A stretch of DNA of 64,000 bases from Eledone cirrhosa (lineage: Eukaryota). Positions 25,263-37,370 of this stretch are shown here, in pieces. The stretch lies in the NCBI GenBank assembly GCA_964016885.1, contig OZ024745.1, positions 104,656,001 through 104,720,000 on the forward strand, given 5' to 3'. Below the pieces are notes generated by a model that worked only from the letters and a program-made list of their open reading frames with translations, ran no database searches and was not told the DNA's origin. Every line of letters begins with the position of its first letter. Position 1 is the stretch's first letter. Both the position numbers and the translations under genes were made by a program.

Positions 25263-26254
25263 TTATAAATATACACGTGCCGACACGCACACATACACAT
25301 ACGCACACATGTATTGCACATTGATGGGTGCATACATATGTGTACACAAGTATACCATACGGCAGGGCCTAATGGATTCCCCTTGCAGTACGTACAATCT
25401 GGACTCACACACGTCTTGTTGTTATGACAATACTATACATCATTTCACCTCTTTTATTATTGATGTTATTGATGTTCTTTTGAGAGAATCGTTTTTGCAA
25501 ATGACTGAAAATATCGAATAACGTACGCTATTTTTACCAGTAGCACAAAAATACTGGTTCATCCACACACACACACGCATGCACACGTGCACACTAACAT
25601 ACAGACAGACATACACACACACACACTTTTCCGTATAAGACAAGAGCTGAAAAATATGTTTCAACATGTTAACACCCCCCCCCCCACACACACACACGTA
25701 CACACACATTCCTACTGACTGATTCATTTCCATTATCACAACAATGAACCACCACTTTGCTACACATGCACACATACATATTTGTCTTAATAGACACCTG
25801 AACTGTTGACCTCTCAACATGACTACAACTCAATCAAGCGGAAAAGGACACTCTTCGACAAACCTACATTTGGCGCGAAACCAGTTCGCGCTAAAATCAA
25901 TTTAAACATTCACGTAACATCTACTGACCAATCAAATTTGTTTTGACTACAAGAATTTTTGCAACACGAATTGGTGCGAAATTTATAGTGCTTATTTACA
26001 TGACATTCAACAACCAACCAAATTTTAATACCTCCCAAGCCACTTTTTTCCCATAAAACGGGAAGAATTTCCAAAACTGATCAGATTAGAGCAAAAATCA
26101 CGAGCACTCTATCTCAAAATTATTTTTGAAAAGCATAAGAAATGAGCAACCGGTAAAAACTTAAAACTAAAACTGAATACTAACTAATACTTATTCCTAA
26201 TTAAACTATTTTTCACTGGGAAAAATTTGTCAGCATTTTATTTTCCTTTTTACT

Positions 26255-26289
<35 letters not shown>

Positions 26290-26309
26290 CATATAAATAT
26301 ATATATATC

Positions 26310-26680
26310 GTCTATCCATGTCTGCCGAACGAGAATGCAAGGGCTCCTCCTCTTTATTTAGGCCGCGGACGGCTAACATAGCCCCATCTCCCTATGTAAA
26401 GCTATGTTGGTAACATCCAGTCCTAAATAAATGAGGTCGTGTAGGTGTCACGACAAAAAAACACACAGTCCACGCTGTAATGTGGCCGTGTAGGTAACAC
26501 GGTAAAAACCTCTCAGTCCACACTGTAAACGTGGTTGGTGTTAGGAAGGGCATCCAGCCGTAGAAAACCCGCCAGACAGTCCTGAGCAAGACAAACAATC
26601 TTACCTCTAGTGGGACAATTCCCGTCCAGACCCATGCTAGTGTGGAAAATGGACGTTAAACGATGATGATGATGATGATA
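26310..26680 (+). mobile_element. RTE-tail SINE family B
   Basis: ggttggtgttaggaagggcatccagccgtagaaa...gtccagacccatgctagtgtggaaaatggacgttaaac(gat)n. Confidence 0.8.
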
Positions 26681-26802
26681 TATATATATATATGTATATA
26701 TATATGTATATATATATGTGTGTGTATATATATATATATATCTCTATCTATCTTGGGCGGGTAAAATTCACGAGATCCATGGACGAGTTCTCTCATTATT
26801 GC

Positions 26803-26978
26803 TGCTATCGGTAAAGGGTCGGACGCCATGTTTTGACGCATAGAGTTACGGCCCTTTCCATTCTGAGTTCAAATCCCGCTGAGGTTAACTTTGCCTTTCA
26901 TCCTTACAGGGTCGATGAAACAAAGAACCAGTAATGCACTGGGTATTTGCTGGCCTTGTGCCAAAAGTAGAAAAAAAA
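26803..26978 (+). mobile_element. SINE family A
   Basis: Matches the 57449 copy. Confidence 0.85.
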
Positions 26979-26983
26979 ATTAT

Positions 26984-27560
26984 TGCTGCCATGTCCTGCG
27001 TCTCCAACAGAACAGCATCTGTCCTTAGGGCATCAACATACGTTAACCTTGGTCTTCCTCTTCCAGTTTTTCCATGCAGGGGCTCCCACAGGAGCACTGA
27101 GTGCAGTGTCAACTCTGGATGTCGGTGAGCATGTCCAGCTAACCTCAGTCTCCTCTGTGTCACTTTTGAGCTGACTTTTGGGAGGCTCTCATACAGCTCT
27201 GAGTTTTTCATCCTCAGTGTATACTGATTAATGTTTAGAGCCATCCTCAGCATTCTCGTGCAGCACCCATCCACCACCTGAGTGAGTTTCTTGGTCAGTG
27301 TCCAAGTCTCAGACCCGTATAGCAGCACAGACTCCACTACAGCAATGAAGAGGCGGATCTTCAGGTCTTCATGAAGGTCCGACTTCCATACCGATCTCAA
27401 GCTGTGGCACGCCGCCCAGGCTTTGCTCTTCCTCTCAACCACATCATCTTCCGTATTCCCAATCTTTGATCCCAAATACAGGAAGTCCTCAACTACTTCC
27501 AGTGGCTTCCCGCCTACATTAGTAATCCCCTCTGGCTTCTCAACATTCTCTACCAGACAT
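26984..27560 (-). mobile_element. RTE-clade LINE fragment, ORF C-terminus
   Basis: LEVVEDFLYLGS, ESVLLYGSETWTLT, RRLRLAGH and GRGRP motifs. Confidence 0.9.
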
Positions 27561-27821
27561 TTTGTATATATATATATATAGTTATGTAATACGATAATTA
27601 TTTCATTTACCAGTGGTTTCTTGAAAGCAAGCAAAATTTGCTTTCAGTCATCAGAATGAAAAAATCCTGGTGTATTTATTGACAGTGGATTTTAAAAACA
27701 AAAATATAATCTATATGAAAGAGAGGCTGGAAAAGGAAGAAGGAAAGGAAAAAGAATAAATATAAAAGTAGATAAACACACATGCACACACATACACACA
27801 CACATATACATACACACATAT

Positions 27822-28040
27822 ATGTAGCTTTTTTAAGGTCTCCTTTTTTTAACCAGTTCCATGTCTGTGGATCTCTAAATTCTGTTTTCTTAAAGAAGGT
27901 GCTATGAAGGGATTTTTCATGAAGGTTGCTCTTCCTCCTTGATGTTATTTCCTCCTTGGACATCTCCTGGTCTATTGTCTTCTCCTTCAGTACAATTTTG
28001 AGCATTGGGTCCCTACTCTCAGTCACATATTTGTGCAGGT
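27822..28040 (-). mobile_element. Internal fragment of a second R4/Dong copy
   Basis: KSLHSTFFKKTEFRDPQTWNWLKKGDLKKAT is paralogous to 29785-30005. Confidence 0.9.
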
Positions 28041-28065
28041 TATTATTATCATTATCATTATTATT

Positions 28066-29045
28066 ATGAGACTGGAATGTCTTCAGGCGCTCACAGCCCT
28101 CGACCAATCGGGCAATGTGATCGGTGGAAACTCCGCCTTGGCGTTCTATAGGGGATTAGTGGAGGGGAAGAGCGACGACGTACTTGGAGAAACTCTAGGC
28201 GTCGACGAAAATCAACTAGCCAATCTCTTCGGAAGGACTTTCGGGCCGGGGCCTATGGACAACTTCCAGAAATCCCTGGTCTGGCAGTGCTACCGAGGAG
28301 CTTTGCCAGTTCGGGATAAACTCTACAGGCATGGAGGTGCCGTTAGCCGGGCATATCCGAGATGCGCGCAGGGCGACGAAACCGTCCTGCACGCACTCGT
28401 CCAGTGTCCGAGCATTGCTGACTTGTGGGTTTATGTCGAACACCTGCTGTCACGTATAGGACGGATCCAGCTATCAGCTGAGTCCCTCGTGAGGATTGCC
28501 CCGCCCTCTTCCTTTAGCCGGGAAGGGCAGGCAGTTTTTATCTGTCTGGTGGCCATGGCAAAAGAGATAGTATGGTGGACACGTTTGAAAGGGCTGAAGA
28601 CGAGCACTTACCTCTTCGGTGATGCCCTGATTAACTTTTTCAAATTTTATTTGAAAAGGAAAATCAGGGTAGAGAGGGAAGTGCTCTCTTCCCAGCATTT
28701 TGTTGAAAGATGGGTGAGAGAAGCAAGTATGGCCCGAGTGAATGGGCCTACTCTGAGTATGTGTCTGTAAATTAAAGGTGGAAAACTGGGAGAGGGCACT
28801 TACCCTCGTGGTCAGGGTCACTGTGTTCTTTTAATGGGCTTTCTCCACAAATGTCCCTCGGAAGTCTCCCCCTATTGGGGAATTTTTCATTGTTATTTTT
28901 ATTACATCCTCTGTTTTTTTTCCACACAGAAATGCCCATTTGTACCGTCCTGTATTGTCCTGTACTGTCCTTAATGTCTACTTTATGTAAACCTTTGTGG
29001 TTAATAAAGAAAACATTATTATTATTATTATTATTATTGTTATTG
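28066..29045 (+). mobile_element. Tx1/L1-clade LINE 3' fragment (zf-RVT region) with (ATT)n tail
   Basis: WQCYRGALPVRDKL..PRC...ETVLHALVQC..IWW.R. The 3' UTR ends aataaagaaaac(att)n. Confidence 0.85.
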
Positions 29046-29048
29046 TTA

Positions 29049-32000
29049 TTCCTTGAATCTCAGTCATTGATGTTGGTTAACTGGAAAGTCCGTTGGATTG
29101 AATATCAAGCCACTACCTGCAGCCTCAGATATTCAGGACGTATCGGAGGGTTCTTGCCGTTCCAAGCAAGCATGCCTTTTGAAGCGTTCCAAAAAGCGTG
29201 AAGGGGCCGATTTTCTTTAACCATCCCTGGAAACCTTTGGAGATAGTCCCCAGTGCGCCTATGACAATCGGGATCACTTTGACTTCATGGCAGTTCCAAA
29301 TCCTTTTCACCTCCCACTTTAGGTCCTGGTATCGGTTAATTTTCTCCCTCTCCTTCTCTTGCACTCTCGTGTCGAACGGGCAGGCCACATCCACAATCAG
29401 GCACGATCTTTTTTCTTTGTCCACAACCACCAGGTCAGGTCTATTGTGTTCCAGTTTTTTGTCCGTCTGTATCCTAAAATCCCACAGCACCTTCACCTGA
29501 CTGTTCTCCATCACCGCCTCTGGCCTATGCTCATACCATTTCTCAGAATGTGGTAGATTGTTTACTTTGCACAGGTGCCAGTGGATCACCCTGCCCATCA
29601 CATCGTGTCTCCAGCCCTTATAGTGGGTCTGGGCTAGGTGTTTACACTCGGACACAATGTGAGCCACAGTCTCCTCTCTCTCTCCACAGATCCTGCACAG
29701 TGGGCTAGCCTCCTCCTTGTAGATATGGTGCTTCAACCACTTCGTTTTGAGGGCCTGCTCCTGCGCAGCCATTAGCATTCCTTCTGTAGCCTTTTTGAGG
29801 TCTCCTCTTCTCAACCAGTTCCATGTCTGTGGATCTCTAAATTCAGTTTTCTCAAAGAAGGTACTATGAAGGGATTTTCCCTTAAGGCTGCTCTTCCTCC
29901 TTGATGTTATTTCCTCCTTGGGTATCCCCTGGCCTACTGTCCCCTCCTTCAGTACAGCTCTGAGCATTGGCTCCTTACTATAGGTCACGTATTTGTATAG
30001 GTTGTTTTTCTCCATCTGAACACATGCTGATAAGACCTCTTCCACCCTCAGATCTCCTTAGGTAGAGTCTATCGACATCACTCCTCTTGTGGAACATGTT
30101 GTAGATAGTCAATAGCTTCCTAGTCTTCCTATCCATTTCTTTTTGTTCAGCAACATTCCATCTCAGAATTCCCGCACTGTACCTAATAATAGACACAGCT
30201 CGGGAATTTACTGCGCTTATGGCATTTCTGCAGTTCAGATGTGACTTCAATACGCTCCTTACTCTCCGAATGTATTCAGTTCTTAACAATTCCTTCATTT
30301 TTTTGTTCTTTATGCCATCAGCCTCCAGAACGCCCAAATACTTGTATCCTTCCTCAGAGTCAATTTCCTTTATCATCTCACCTGTTGGTATCTGGATCCC
30401 GTTACTTCTGCTCAACCTACCCCTCCTCATCACAATGACTCCACATTTACCAATACCAAACTGCATACATATATCACTGCTGAAAATACGGACAGTGTCA
30501 ACAAGCACATCCAACTCCTTCTCACTTTTCCCGAAGAGCTTAAGATCGTCCATGAAGAGGAGGTGATTGATGGTAAGCTCTCCCCTTCACAACTTGTATC
30601 CTGCTCTCACTTTTCGCAGCATAATGGTCAAGGGCATCAGGGCAAGGACAAACAACAGGGGGGGACAGGCTATCTCCCTGGAAGATACCTCTCTTGATCT
30701 TCACGCTTCCCAAGGATACTCCAGTTGATGTCAACTCTGTCTCCCAGGACCCCATACTCCTGCCCAGCAACTGTCTGATGTTATCTGCCACCCTGAAGAT
30801 CTCCAGGCTTTTGGTGATCCAGGAATGAGGCACCATGTCAAATGCCTTTCTGTAGTCTATCCATCCCATGGCAAGATCAGTGTGTCTCCTCCTGCAATTC
30901 CCCATTACCATCTTATCAATAAGCAACTGGTCCTTTGTACCACGTGACTTCTTTCGGCATCCTTTCTGTTCGTCCGGCAACAAGTTGTTTGTGTGGAGGT
31001 GATGGTAGATTTCCTCAGACACAATGCTCGTCAACAGTTTCCACATTACGGGCAGACATGTGATAGGTCTATAGTTGGTAACATCATTACCCTTGATTCG
31101 GTCTTTCATTATCAGAACTGTGGTACCTTTTGTCAACCACTCTGGCACCTCACCCGACACCAAGCAGTCATTGAACATGGCCGTCAGCTTCGGGTGGAGG
31201 GATGTTAAATGTTTAATCCAATACCCCTGCACACCATCTGGGCCTGGTGATTTCCAGTTGGTTAGTTTTTTGGCTTGCCCCTTAAGAGTTTCAACTGTGA
31301 TACTCAAATCAGTCTGTTGCTGTGCCTGCTCACCGATCTCCCTCTGTACTGTCTCAATCCACCCTGCCTGGGCATTGTGTCTAACATCCTGCTCCCATAT
31401 TCCTCTCCAGAATGTTTTAGCTTGTTCCGCCCCAGGGATCAAGTCGGTGCCTCTTTCTTTCCCCTCAAGCTGTCCAAACAGCATCTTCTGGTTGTTGTCG
31501 AACATGCGGTTCTGTTTATACTGACTGACTCTGTTCTCGTATCGCCTGATTTTGGCACTCTTTGCTACAATGCGTTGCTTCAATTCCTCTATGATAATAT
31601 TTAGCTTTTTACTCCTAGTTTTGTATTTTATTTCCAGTCTATTTTTAGTGCCTATGTTTTTTAGTGTCCCATTCAGTAGTGACTCAAGCTTTCCTATGTC
31701 ATTTCTCATTTCCCCGATTTGCCCACTCAGTCGCTTCTTCCACCACGGCTCTGCTCTTTCTTGTCTGTTGTTTCCTCTCGCTTTTATACCAAGTAGTTTC
31801 CTCACCGTATTTGCTGTTGCTTTGAGGATATTGTTGCACTGGTGAAGACTCCTCGCCTCAAGGTATGGGATGACTTTGTTTACCTTAGCTGTTGTTTCTT
31901 TTAACTTTTTCCTGTCTACAAATCTTAGGTTCATAGGTCTCCCACTATCATTGTTCAACTCATCTACCACTAAATTTAGGATGTCAACCGAATCTTGTCC

Positions 32001-32348
32001 TAGCCCGTCAGCATTCATCTCCTCAGTGGCCGTATCTCTGTTCCAGGTATTATTTATCTCAGTATTCAGATCATTGTCTGCTTCGGGTGGTTCCTCCGCT
32101 CTCAGGACCTCCTCACCTTCATTTCCCGCCGGCTCGCTTGTCTGGCATCCTACACCCGCCATCTCCAAGCCATTCTCTCTGCTCAGTTCCTCCAGTTCCA
32201 GCTCGCTTATCCACCCATTAGTTCTTATTACCCGAGCCTGCCCGGCCAATTTTTGTTCATCTAATTTAAATAAACCAATCTCGTTCCAGATGTTATGCAT
32301 CCGTCTCCTGTAGCCCCTCTCCTTGGGGTTACTTTTCAGGTAGCATTG

Positions 32349-32351
<3 letters not shown>
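29049..32351 (-). mobile_element. R4/Dong-clade non-LTR retrotransposon (RT plus restriction-like endonuclease) in (TAA)n
   Basis: YRPITCL, IDYRKAFD, GIFQGDSLSP, FMDDLK, CRIC...ETVAHIVSEC, RHD and RPDL...IVDVACP...EKIxRY. (TAA)n on both sides. Confidence 0.93.
29125..32351 (-). pseudogene. R4/Dong ORF broken by two frameshifts, near 30660 and 30030
   Basis: Three overlapping ORFs (603, 191 and 306 aa) tile one RT-REL protein. A G7 run at 30658-30664 breaks the frame just after QGDSLSP. Confidence 0.88.
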
Positions 32352-32402
<51 letters not shown>

Positions 32403-32403
<1 letters not shown>

Positions 32404-32874
32404 GGGCAGTGGATATTGTGTGGTGGACAAGGTTGAAAGGGTTGAAACAGACTTTTTCCTCTCCAGCCAATCCCTGATTAACTTTTTGAAGAGGAAAATC
32501 AGGGTGGAGAGGCAAGTGCTCTCTTCTAGTAAGTTTATTGAAAGGTGGGTGAAAGTGGCGAGTCTGGTCTGAGTGAATGGGCCTGCTCTGAGTATATGCC
32601 TGTAGACTGAGGAGTGGGAAAACTGAGAGAGGGTGCTTGCTCTGGTGGCCCTGGTCTTTTGTGTGGTTTTCGCCACGAGTGACTCTCGGAGGTTTCCCCT
32701 TTTCTGGGGAATTTTTGTTGTTTTGAATTTATTTGATTTCTAGTCCGTTTTCTATCTTGTTATAACCTTTTTACATGGCCAAAACCCCCATTGTATCGTC
32801 CTGTACCGTTCTGTGCTGTCTGTAATGTTTTTCTTCATGTTAACCATTGTGGCCAATAAAGAAACCATTATTAT
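32403..32874 (+). mobile_element. Tx1/L1-like 3' fragment, second copy
   Basis: Homologous to 28565-29015. Ends ttgtggccaataaagaaacc(att)n. Confidence 0.85.
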
Positions 32875-33200
32875 TGGCAGAATCGGAGGAGCAACGGACC
32901 CGATGCTTTACAGCATAGAGTTACGGCCCTTTACATTCTGAGTTCAAATCCTGCCGAGGTTAGCTTTGCCTTTCATCCTTACGGGGTCGATAAAATAAAG
33001 TACCAGTAATGCACTGGGATCAATTTAATCGATTAGCCCTCCTCTTCAAATTGCTGGCCTTGTGCCTAAAGTAGAAACAATTATTATTATTATTATTATG
33101 ACCCCAATGTGTTAACATACCTGTAACACATTGGGATCGATTTAATCGACTTTCCCCTCACCCCAAAATTGTTGGCATTGTGCCTAAATCAGAAACCATT
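32875..33200 (+). mobile_element. SINE family A, full copy plus 3' fragment
   Basis: A and B boxes, family core and (att)n tail. Confidence 0.85.
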
Positions 33201-33640
33201 AAGTTCATGCCATTCAACAGCATCATCAGGTGTTGGTTAAATTGCTTGGGGTCTGGTTTGGCCCGGACCTTCAAAGTGACAAAAATTGGGATCAGCATGG
33301 TGGCCGCTCTCACCCAGAAATGGGCTGAGAAGAAGCTATCTCTGAAAGGTCGGGCAGAGGTGGTGAATGTGTACATCGCATCTGTCATCTACTACCAACT
33401 GACCATTGTGCTTTGTCCTGGTCCATGACTGATTGCACTGGAGCATTTGCTCTTTTGCTTTTTGTGGAAGGGACACATGCCAATAGTCAGGCCATAAATT
33501 TGCTGCCAACTCCCACTGAGTGGAGGACAGGAGATGCTGTGGCTGATGATGTACAAACATGTGCTCAGCTTATGTCATCCCCAGCTTAACCTGGACTGTG
33601 AACAGATGTGGCCACCATTTGCTAGACACAGCTAAAATTT
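33200..33640 (+). mobile_element. Tx1/L1-like ORF2 internal fragment
   Basis: LGVWFGPDL and W..KKLSLKGRAEVVNVYIASVIYY motifs. Confidence 0.8.
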
Positions 33641-34429
33641 TGCTTGCAGGGAAAATGGCCATAAAATGCTGCTACTACTGTTGAGTCTGATAATGATGAT
33701 GATGATGATAAAATAGAAGGGTGTAAGTATATAAATAAAAATAAATACATATATGAAAGTAAATAAAAATAAAAGAAATGATGTTATAATTCACTATGGC
33801 TATATTTGTCTAAAACAATCTATAACATTGTTCATACTCAAACACTACAAATATAGTATTATATTAAAGAAAGTGGAAATTTGAGAAAAAGGAAAGAAAA
33901 TAAATTTCAGGAATGAAATGAATATTTTCTATATGTATCTTCTATTCTTCAAAGAGAAAGAAGAAAGTGTGATAGAAAAATGTTACTTCATACAAACACT
34001 AAACATTTGCTCTTCATTCATAAGTTCCTTTATTAAAATAATATATTAAATAGTTTGTGTACCTCTCTCTTTCTCTCTAAATATATATGTATTGTGTGTG
34101 TGTGGATATATATCAGTGTTTGTAATTTAATTCAGGGAGAACACTTTTCATGTTCCAAGGGTGAAGAACAGAGAAAACGTGGAAAAATATATTAAGAGGA
34201 GATTATTATTATTATCAAACTAAATTGCTACCTCCCAAAACCATTTCATATCATACGCTCAGTACACTAGAAATAACCCCACTTTCCTATCCTCTATGTA
34301 TTGATACTGAAATCATTGCTGTGGGACACAGGAGAGCCATGTCAGAATATATGAATGACATCACACACCTAAGATGTTGAGGCAGTCAGCACTGAAAGAA
34401 TACCAACAGATTATGAGAAAACATACCAT

Positions 34430-35720
34430 CTGAGATAAGTCAGGGGGATTGCAACTCGACTCCTGGGAAGGCAAGTTCATGCCAACCAGTGGCAATTTGA
34501 GTCACTAAACAGAAGGTCCAGTTAAGTTGCTCTGGGTCTGGTTTGGGCCAGACTTACACTTGAAAAAGAACTGGGAAGAACAATGTGGCTAGTCTTATTC
34601 AGAAATTAGCCTGAAAGAAAGCTGTCTCTGAAATGTTTAAAAGAAGGGGTTCACACCAACATTGCCTCAGTGATGTACTGCCATTTGATCATCATTCCTT
34701 GTCCCAAGAAACATGTAACCAGATTAGAGTGCATGCTAACATGAAAGAGACAAACTCTTCTAATCAGCAAAACCATATGCCGCCAACCACATGCTTTAAT
34801 GAAAATGGTGATGATGAAAGCAAAGAAAAATCAGAGTGGTCATCTTTTGAGCAACATCTTTCCATGGCATGTATTCATGTCTGAGATTCAGTCCTGGGTA
34901 AAGCACAGATTGAGAATTGCTGTTTGACATCTAGAATGCTTTAGTTGCTTAATGTCATGAGAATAACTATGGGTATTGATGGGGATAGTCAGGGTAAACT
35001 TATGGTCAAAATGATACAAAGCATTGACTGTTTGAGACAAACTCTATAGGCACAGAAGTGCTAATAGCAAAACCTGTCTGAGATACATGCAAAGTGAGGA
35101 AATCACCCTGCATACTATTATGCAGTGTTTGGACATTGCAGACTTGTGAGGTGCTGTCACATTTAGGACAGATCTCAATATTAGCCACATCCATTGTGAA
35201 ATTTCATTCATCATATTCTTTTGGTAAGGAAGGGTGGTAAGATTTCCTCTGTCAAGTGACTATGGTAAAAGAAGTTGTTTGATGGATGCACATGAAAGAC
35301 AAGTTCTGCTGGTCAGGAAATCCATCTGCTGCCAACTTTTCCATTCTGGGATTTTTCTCACTGGCCAAAATCACATTAATTTCTTCAAGTCTTACAAAAA
35401 GTGGGTGAGAGCAGCAAGAGTTATGAGACTTAATGGGCTTACTCTGAATTTGCTCATCTAAACAGGAGGATAGAAACTGAGAGAGGGCACCATTAATACT
35501 TTTGATGTAACAGAGTAATCCAGGACTTTGTGTAGGATTTTTCCCCAAATTTTCCCATGTGGTCTTTCCTCCAACAGGAAAACTATTCTTGTTTTGTTGA
35601 TTTTATAATTTTTACTTGATGTAAACCTCACCATGTATTTATTGTATATTATCCATGTATCTTTTTAACACCATGTATTCATGTGATGAAAGAAAGAAAT
35701 CATCCTCATTATTATCATTA
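34430..35720 (+). mobile_element. Highly decayed Tx1/L1-like fragments
   Basis: gggtctggtttgggccagactta and aagtgggtgagagcagcaaga...aatgggcttactctga...gaaactgagagagggcac match the younger copies. Confidence 0.65.
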
Positions 35721-35779
35721 ATCTTCTTGTTTTTGTTCTTGTTCTTGTTCTTCTTGGTTGATACTTTATTTCATCCTTG

Positions 35780-37038
35780 ATACTTTATTTCATCCTTTCA
35801 GGATTGATAAAATAAAGTACCAGTTAAGTATTTGGGTCAATTTAATTAACATTCCTTTTCCCTTCAAATTACTGGCCTTGTGCCAAAAGTAGAAACAATT
35901 ATTATTATTATTATTATTGGCAGTGAATTGGCCGTATCAATAGAGGGTCGGACGCCATGCTTTCCAGCATAGAGTTACGCCCCTTTATGGTCCGAGTTCA
36001 AATCCCACTGAGGTTAATAAAATAAAGTACCAGTAATGCACTGGGATAATTGCTGGCCTTGTGTCAATAGTAGAAACAATTATTATTATTATTGGCAGTG
36101 GATTAGCAGTATCGGTAGAAGGTCGGACGCCATTCTTTGCAGCATAGAGTTACGGCCCTTTATGATCTGAGTTCAATTCCTGCCGAGGTTAACTTTGCCT
36201 TTCATCCTTACAGTACCAGTTATGCACTGGGGTCAATTTAATTGATTTTCTTCTCCCCCAAAATTGCTGACCTTGTGCCTATATAAGAAACCATTATTAT
36301 TAGGAGGTTAACTTTGCCTTTCATCCTTACGGGGTCAATAAAATAAAGTACCAGTAATGTACTGGTTGGCCTTGTGCCAAAAGTAGAAACAATTATTAGG
36401 TGGATTGGCAGTATCTGTAAAGGGGCGGACGCCATGCTTTGACGCATAGAGTTACGGCCCTTGCCATTCTGAGTTCAAATCCAGCCAAGGTTAACTTTGC
36501 CTTTCATCCTTACAGGGTCAATAAAATAAAATACCAGTAATGTACTGGGTAATTGCTGGCCTTGTGCCAACAGTAGAAACAATTATTGTTATTGGCAGTA
36601 TCGTTAGAGCATTGAAGAACATGCTTTACATCATAGAGTCATGGCCCTTTACGTTCTGAGTTCAAATCCCACCAAGATTAGCTTTGCCTTTCATCCTTAT
36701 GGTGTTGATAAAATAAAGTACAAGTAACGTACTGGAATGGATTTAATTGACTTTCACTTTCCCTAAAATTGTTGGCTTTGTGCCTAAATCAGAAATCATT
36801 TATATATTCTGTCATGAGAGCAGTAGATTGGCAGTATTGGTAGAACGATGGACAACATGCTTTGCTGCATAGAGCTATGGCCCTTTACGTTCTGAGTTTA
36901 AATTCTGCCAAGGTTAGCATTGCCTTTCATCCTTATGGTGTCAATAAAATAAAATACCAGTAACACACTGGAATCAATTTAATTGACTTTCATCTCCCTT
37001 AAATTGTTGGCCTTGTGCCAAAATCAGAAATCATTATT
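35780..37038 (+). mobile_element. Head-to-tail array of about 7 SINE family A copies
   Basis: Units start near 35780, 35919, 36093, 36302, 36399, 36593 and 36820, mostly joined through (att)n tails. Confidence 0.9.
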
Positions 37039-37084
37039 ATATTCTGTCATCCCTGGCAACAAACGCATCTAAATTCTAAAGTCT

Positions 37085-37370
37085 GTCTTAGGGCAAAAGG
37101 CTTGTTAGGCTGGTGCTTATCGCAGTTTCATGGTGTGAAGTGACTGAGTGTACAAGACTCCTCTCTGGACAGGACACCAGTCCATCGCAGGGTTATACCC
37201 CCAGTTATTGCTGATACTCATTTTTGGCTGAGTATACTTGAGCAACGTGAAATGATGTGTTCTGTTCAAGAACACAACATGCAACCCAGCCTAAGTATTG
37301 CGATCATAAAGTCGTGGGACTTTATGATCGCAAGTCCCACACCCTTACCACTAGGACACACACCTCCTAA
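37085..37370 (-). mobile_element. tRNA-derived SINE with a V-domain-like segment
   Basis: Head gtcctagtggtaagggtg, then aaccctgcgatggactggtgtcctgtccag. Confidence 0.6.

Noticed and set aside
29198-32313. Plus-strand ORFs of 100-149 aa
   Set aside because: They are antisense shadows of the R4/Dong ORF.
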